Assembly: GCA_042571705.1 (NCBI GenBank)
Contig: JBHPFV010000005.1
Coordinates: forward strand, 4,628 to 68,627
Direction of reading: 5' to 3'
DNA: 64,000 nt
Source: Candidatus Omnitrophota bacterium
GTDB lineage: Bacteria; Omnitrophota; Gorgyraeia; JAFGHF01
The notes under the pieces were generated by a model. That model was not told where the DNA came from. It made no database searches and saw only the letters and a list, made by a program, of their open reading frames with translations. The translations under genes were made by a program, and so were the position numbers. This document shows positions 61,447-64,000 of the stretch, in pieces. Position 1 is the stretch's first letter. Every line of letters begins with the position of its first letter.

Positions 61447-61484
61447 GATTGCTTCGTCGCTCGCTTTGCTCGCTCCTCGCAATG
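61447..61484. repeat. Short palindromic dispersed repeat copy
   Basis: gattgcttcgtcgctcgctttgctcgctcctcgcaatg. This is the reverse-complement relative of 48682-48718. Confidence 0.6.
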
Positions 61485-61494
61485 ACGGAGGCGG

Positions 61495-61621
61495 CGAACT
61501 GCTTTGGCGGCGGTTTTGTGTTCGATTCCTAGGATTTTACCGATCTTGATATACGAGAGGCCTAAAAGGTGTAATTCGGTTGCTTTTTGGGCTAATTTCT
61601 GGTATAAATAAGGGTACTTTA
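61495..61621. repeat. Direct repeat B (~127 nt), 5'-truncated HTH remnant; also supplies a possible outward promoter
   Basis: Aligns with 58303-58430. On the + strand, ttgctt-17-tataaa (-10 at 61603-61608) sits 30 nt before the amidase ATG. Confidence 0.75.
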
Positions 61622-61637
61622 GAGGAATTTTAATAAA

Positions 61638-62735
61638 ATGAAAAGGACAGTTTTCCTACATACTATATGCTACATACTAACTGCTGCCTTTTTAGCTGGG
61701 TGCGCGACTACAACTACCTCGGCTGGCGCCGGGCTAAAGAAGACGGTGACGATTGAAGGCAAAAGATATGCCTTTGCCGAAGAGCTGGCTGAGCTTTACA
61801 ATGTGGATTATTATTGGGATCCGATTGCTAAAAAGGTAGTATTTAGCCAAAACGGAAAGCAAGCCAAGATGATGGTTGGCTCAAGAACAGTGCTCCTTGG
61901 CCAGAAGGTAGTCACGATAGATAAAGAGGTTGAATTTTACCAGGGTTCACCCGTAATCCCGCAATCTTTTGCCCAAAGGGCCCTGGCTGCGTTCTTGAAA
62001 GAACAGGGCCGGCGACCTACTCTGAGCGCAGGTTCGGTTTTAGGCGCGCCGATTAGAAGGGTAATTATTGATCCCGGCCATGGCGGTAAAGACCCCGGGG
62101 CTGTGGGCCGCGGCGGTCAATACGAAAAGGATATTGTTTTAAGCATAGCTAAAAAGCTTAAACGGCGGTTAAGCAGCATGGGCATTGCGGCTACTTTAAC
62201 CAGGAGTGACGATAGATTCCTCACGCTGGGCCAGCGCAGCCGCATCGCCAACAAGGAAAATGCCGATTTCTTTATCAGCGTTCATGCCAATGCTTCGCGC
62301 TCCCGCTGGGTCTCCGGTGTTGAGGTCTATTATCTTTCCGAAGCCATTGATGATGACTTGCGCTCTACGCAAGCCGCGAAAAAATATAATTTAAATTTGA
62401 AAGAAGACTACAGCGGCAAATACACCGAGGCCATTCTCTGGGATTTGACCTACCAACAGAACAGGAACAATTCAATTGATTTGGCCGGCCTGGTCTGTCG
62501 TTCATTAAGCCGGAATTTATCTCAGCGCAACAGGGGCAATAAGCCGGCCCGGTTTTATGTCTTAAAAGGGACCAATATCCCGGCCATCCTGATTGAGGTT
62601 GGTTTTATTAGTAATGCCCGCGAAGAAAAAAAATTAAAGGGTGCCGCCTACCAGGATAAAATTGCTCAAGCTATTGCCGGCGGGATCAGCCAGTACAACA
62701 GCAAATTTTCCCAGAAGCGTTACACTCGTTATTAA
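61638..62735 (+). CDS. Lipoprotein N-acetylmuramoyl-L-alanine amidase (Amidase_3, AmiC-like) with N-terminal stalk domain
   Basis: Lipobox FLAGC. IIDPGHGGKDPGAVG, FISVHAN, and ILIEVGFISN motifs. Confidence 0.85.
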   Translation: MKRTVFLHTICYILTAAFLAGCATTTTSAGAGLKKTVTIEGKRYAFAEELAELYNVDYYWDPIAKKVVFSQNGKQAKMMVGSRTVLLGQKVVTIDKEVEFYQGSPVIPQSFAQRALAAFLKEQGRRPTLSAGSVLGAPIRRVIIDPGHGGKDPGAVGRGGQYEKDIVLSIAKKLKRRLSSMGIAATLTRSDDRFLTLGQRSRIANKENADFFISVHANASRSRWVSGVEVYYLSEAIDDDLRSTQAAKKYNLNLKEDYSGKYTEAILWDLTYQQNRNNSIDLAGLVCRSLSRNLSQRNRGNKPARFYVLKGTNIPAILIEVGFISNAREEKKLKGAAYQDKIAQAIAGGISQYNSKFSQKRYTRY

Positions 62736-62740
62736 AAACC

Positions 62741-63541
62741 ATGAAAAAGGCGCAAAGACCAATAGGCATTTTTGATTCAGGGATCGGCGGCTTAACCGTA
62801 GTCCGTGAGGTAATCAAGGCCTTGCCGGATGAGGACATTATTTATTTTGGCGATACCGCGCGCTTACCTTACGGAAATAAGTCTCCCGAAACTGTAATCA
62901 AGTTTTCCCTGGAAAACACCAAGTTTTTACTTAAGTTTGGCGTTAAATTCATTATCGTCGCCTGTAATACATCTTCCAGCACCGCCTTGGCTACCTTAAG
63001 AAGGAGATTCCAGATCCCTTTTTTGGGCGTGATTGGCCCGGCAGTAAAGACGGCCGGTAAAATTTCCCAAAATGGTCGGATTGGCATTATCGGTACCAGG
63101 GCTACGGTCTCCAGTAATTGTTATCCCAACGCGATTAAACGCGCTAACCCAGCTTACCGCTCTTTTTTGCAGGCTTGTCCTTTATTTGTGCCTTTGGCCG
63201 AAGAGGGCTGGTTGAATGGCTCAGTAACCAGCCAGGTAGCCAGGCAGTATTTACAGCCCTTGCAGAAAAAAAATATCGATACATTAATTTTAGGTTGCAC
63301 GCACTATCCTTTATTGAAAAAAGTGATTAGTAAAGTGATTGGCCGGCAGGTAAAATTTGTCGATTCGGCAACTGAGACCGCCTTGGAGGCAAAAAGGATT
63401 TTAGGCAAAAACGGGCTGTTGCGCAATCAAGGCCACTTAAAAGGCGAATGTAAATTCTTTGTCTCTGATGAACCGGCGGTATTTAAAAAGGTCGGAAAAA
63501 GGTTTTTAGGCAAAACTATCAAAACCGTGAAGAAGGTTTAG
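62741..63541 (+). CDS. murI: Glutamate racemase
   Basis: IGIFDSGIGGLTV, VACNTSS, and LGCTHYP catalytic Cys motifs. Confidence 0.9.
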   Translation: MKKAQRPIGIFDSGIGGLTVVREVIKALPDEDIIYFGDTARLPYGNKSPETVIKFSLENTKFLLKFGVKFIIVACNTSSSTALATLRRRFQIPFLGVIGPAVKTAGKISQNGRIGIIGTRATVSSNCYPNAIKRANPAYRSFLQACPLFVPLAEEGWLNGSVTSQVARQYLQPLQKKNIDTLILGCTHYPLLKKVISKVIGRQVKFVDSATETALEAKRILGKNGLLRNQGHLKGECKFFVSDEPAVFKKVGKRFLGKTIKTVKKV

Positions 63542-63543
63542 CT

Positions 63544-63924
63544 ATGTACGAAATCAAGGTCCTGGCCTATTTCAACGCGGCGCATAATCTGCGCGGCTAT
63601 CAAGGCCGCTGCGAAAAGCTCCACGGCCATAATTGGCAGGTGGAGGCGCTGATTGGTGCAAATGAGCTAAATCACCTGGGCATGGTTTGCGATTTTAAAG
63701 AAATAAAGAAAAAGTTAACCTGGGTGTTAAAGGACTTAGATCACGGTTATTTGAATAAGCTCGATTTTTTTAAAAAGAAAAATCCTACTTCCGAAAGAAT
63801 TGCCGAGTTCATTTATTTTCGTCTGAAAAAACAAATAAAAGACCGCAGCCTTTGCTTAAACAAAGTCTCGGTTTGGGAAACTAAAGATTCTTGCGCCAGC
63901 TTTACCTTGGACGAAGATGCCTAA
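63544..63924 (+). CDS. queD: 6-carboxy-5,6,7,8-tetrahydropterin synthase
   Basis: AAHNLRGYQGRCEKLHGHNWQVE motif. About 125 aa. Confidence 0.85.
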   Translation: MYEIKVLAYFNAAHNLRGYQGRCEKLHGHNWQVEALIGANELNHLGMVCDFKEIKKKLTWVLKDLDHGYLNKLDFFKKKNPTSERIAEFIYFRLKKQIKDRSLCLNKVSVWETKDSCASFTLDEDA

Positions 63925-64000
63925 GCGAGCGATTGTGCTTCTATCCGGGGGAATTGATTCGGCGACCTGTCTGTATCTAGCTAAAAAGCAGGGCGCCAGG
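63917..64000 (+). CDS. queC: 7-cyano-7-deazaguanine synthase, 5' part only (runs off the window)
   Basis: MPKRAIVLLSGGIDSATCLYLAKKQGAR has the PP-loop SGGxDS. Overlaps the queD end by 8 nt. Confidence 0.8.
   Translation, partial: MPKRAIVLLSGGIDSATCLYLAKKQGAR

Overview
This 64-kb window looks like an uncultivated, probably anaerobic, diderm bacterium. The lineage cannot be assigned from sequence alone. Coding is dense and almost entirely on the + strand.

Left part (1-29997):
- Three tandem secreted beta-helix or LamG/glycosidase-like genes, each ending in the same dockerin module.
- Housekeeping genes leuS, comEA and acpS.
- A translationally coupled type II FAS/PKS-like operon (KS-like, KR, ACP, DH, KS, PP-loop enzyme, acyl-ACP-reductase homologue, nitroreductase, CrtI-like oxidoreductase).
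- A histidine kinase with two receiver-only regulators.
- comEC, whose 5' end is duplicated around an inserted 2-gene cassette.
- A phospholipase D family protein and two outer-membrane proteins.

Centre (30.0-47.1 kb): three integrase-less islets stacked at tRNA-Leu(CAG). Each is delimited by a copy of the tRNA 3' end plus its terminator hairpin. Their cargos are:
- an XRE-DUF4065/RelE-like toxin-antitoxin pair;
- a NikR/Fur-associated metallocluster-type cluster (DUF5320, NifX-like, MinD-ferredoxin ATPases, IscU-like, polyferredoxin);
- a single 1712-aa membrane-anchored orphan protein.

A free-standing LAGLIDADG endonuclease gene abuts the tRNA, followed by smpB and ssrA.

Right part (48.9-64 kb):
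- A MarR-headed lipid remodelling/tailoring cluster (LplT-PlsC-Aas fusion, hydrolase, LbH acyltransferase, GNAT-aminotransferase fusion, two radical SAM enzymes).
- A membrane spermidine-synthase-like gene flanked by direct repeats.
- amiC-like, murI, queD and a 3'-truncated queC.

All family assignments come from motif recognition by eye. No searches were run.
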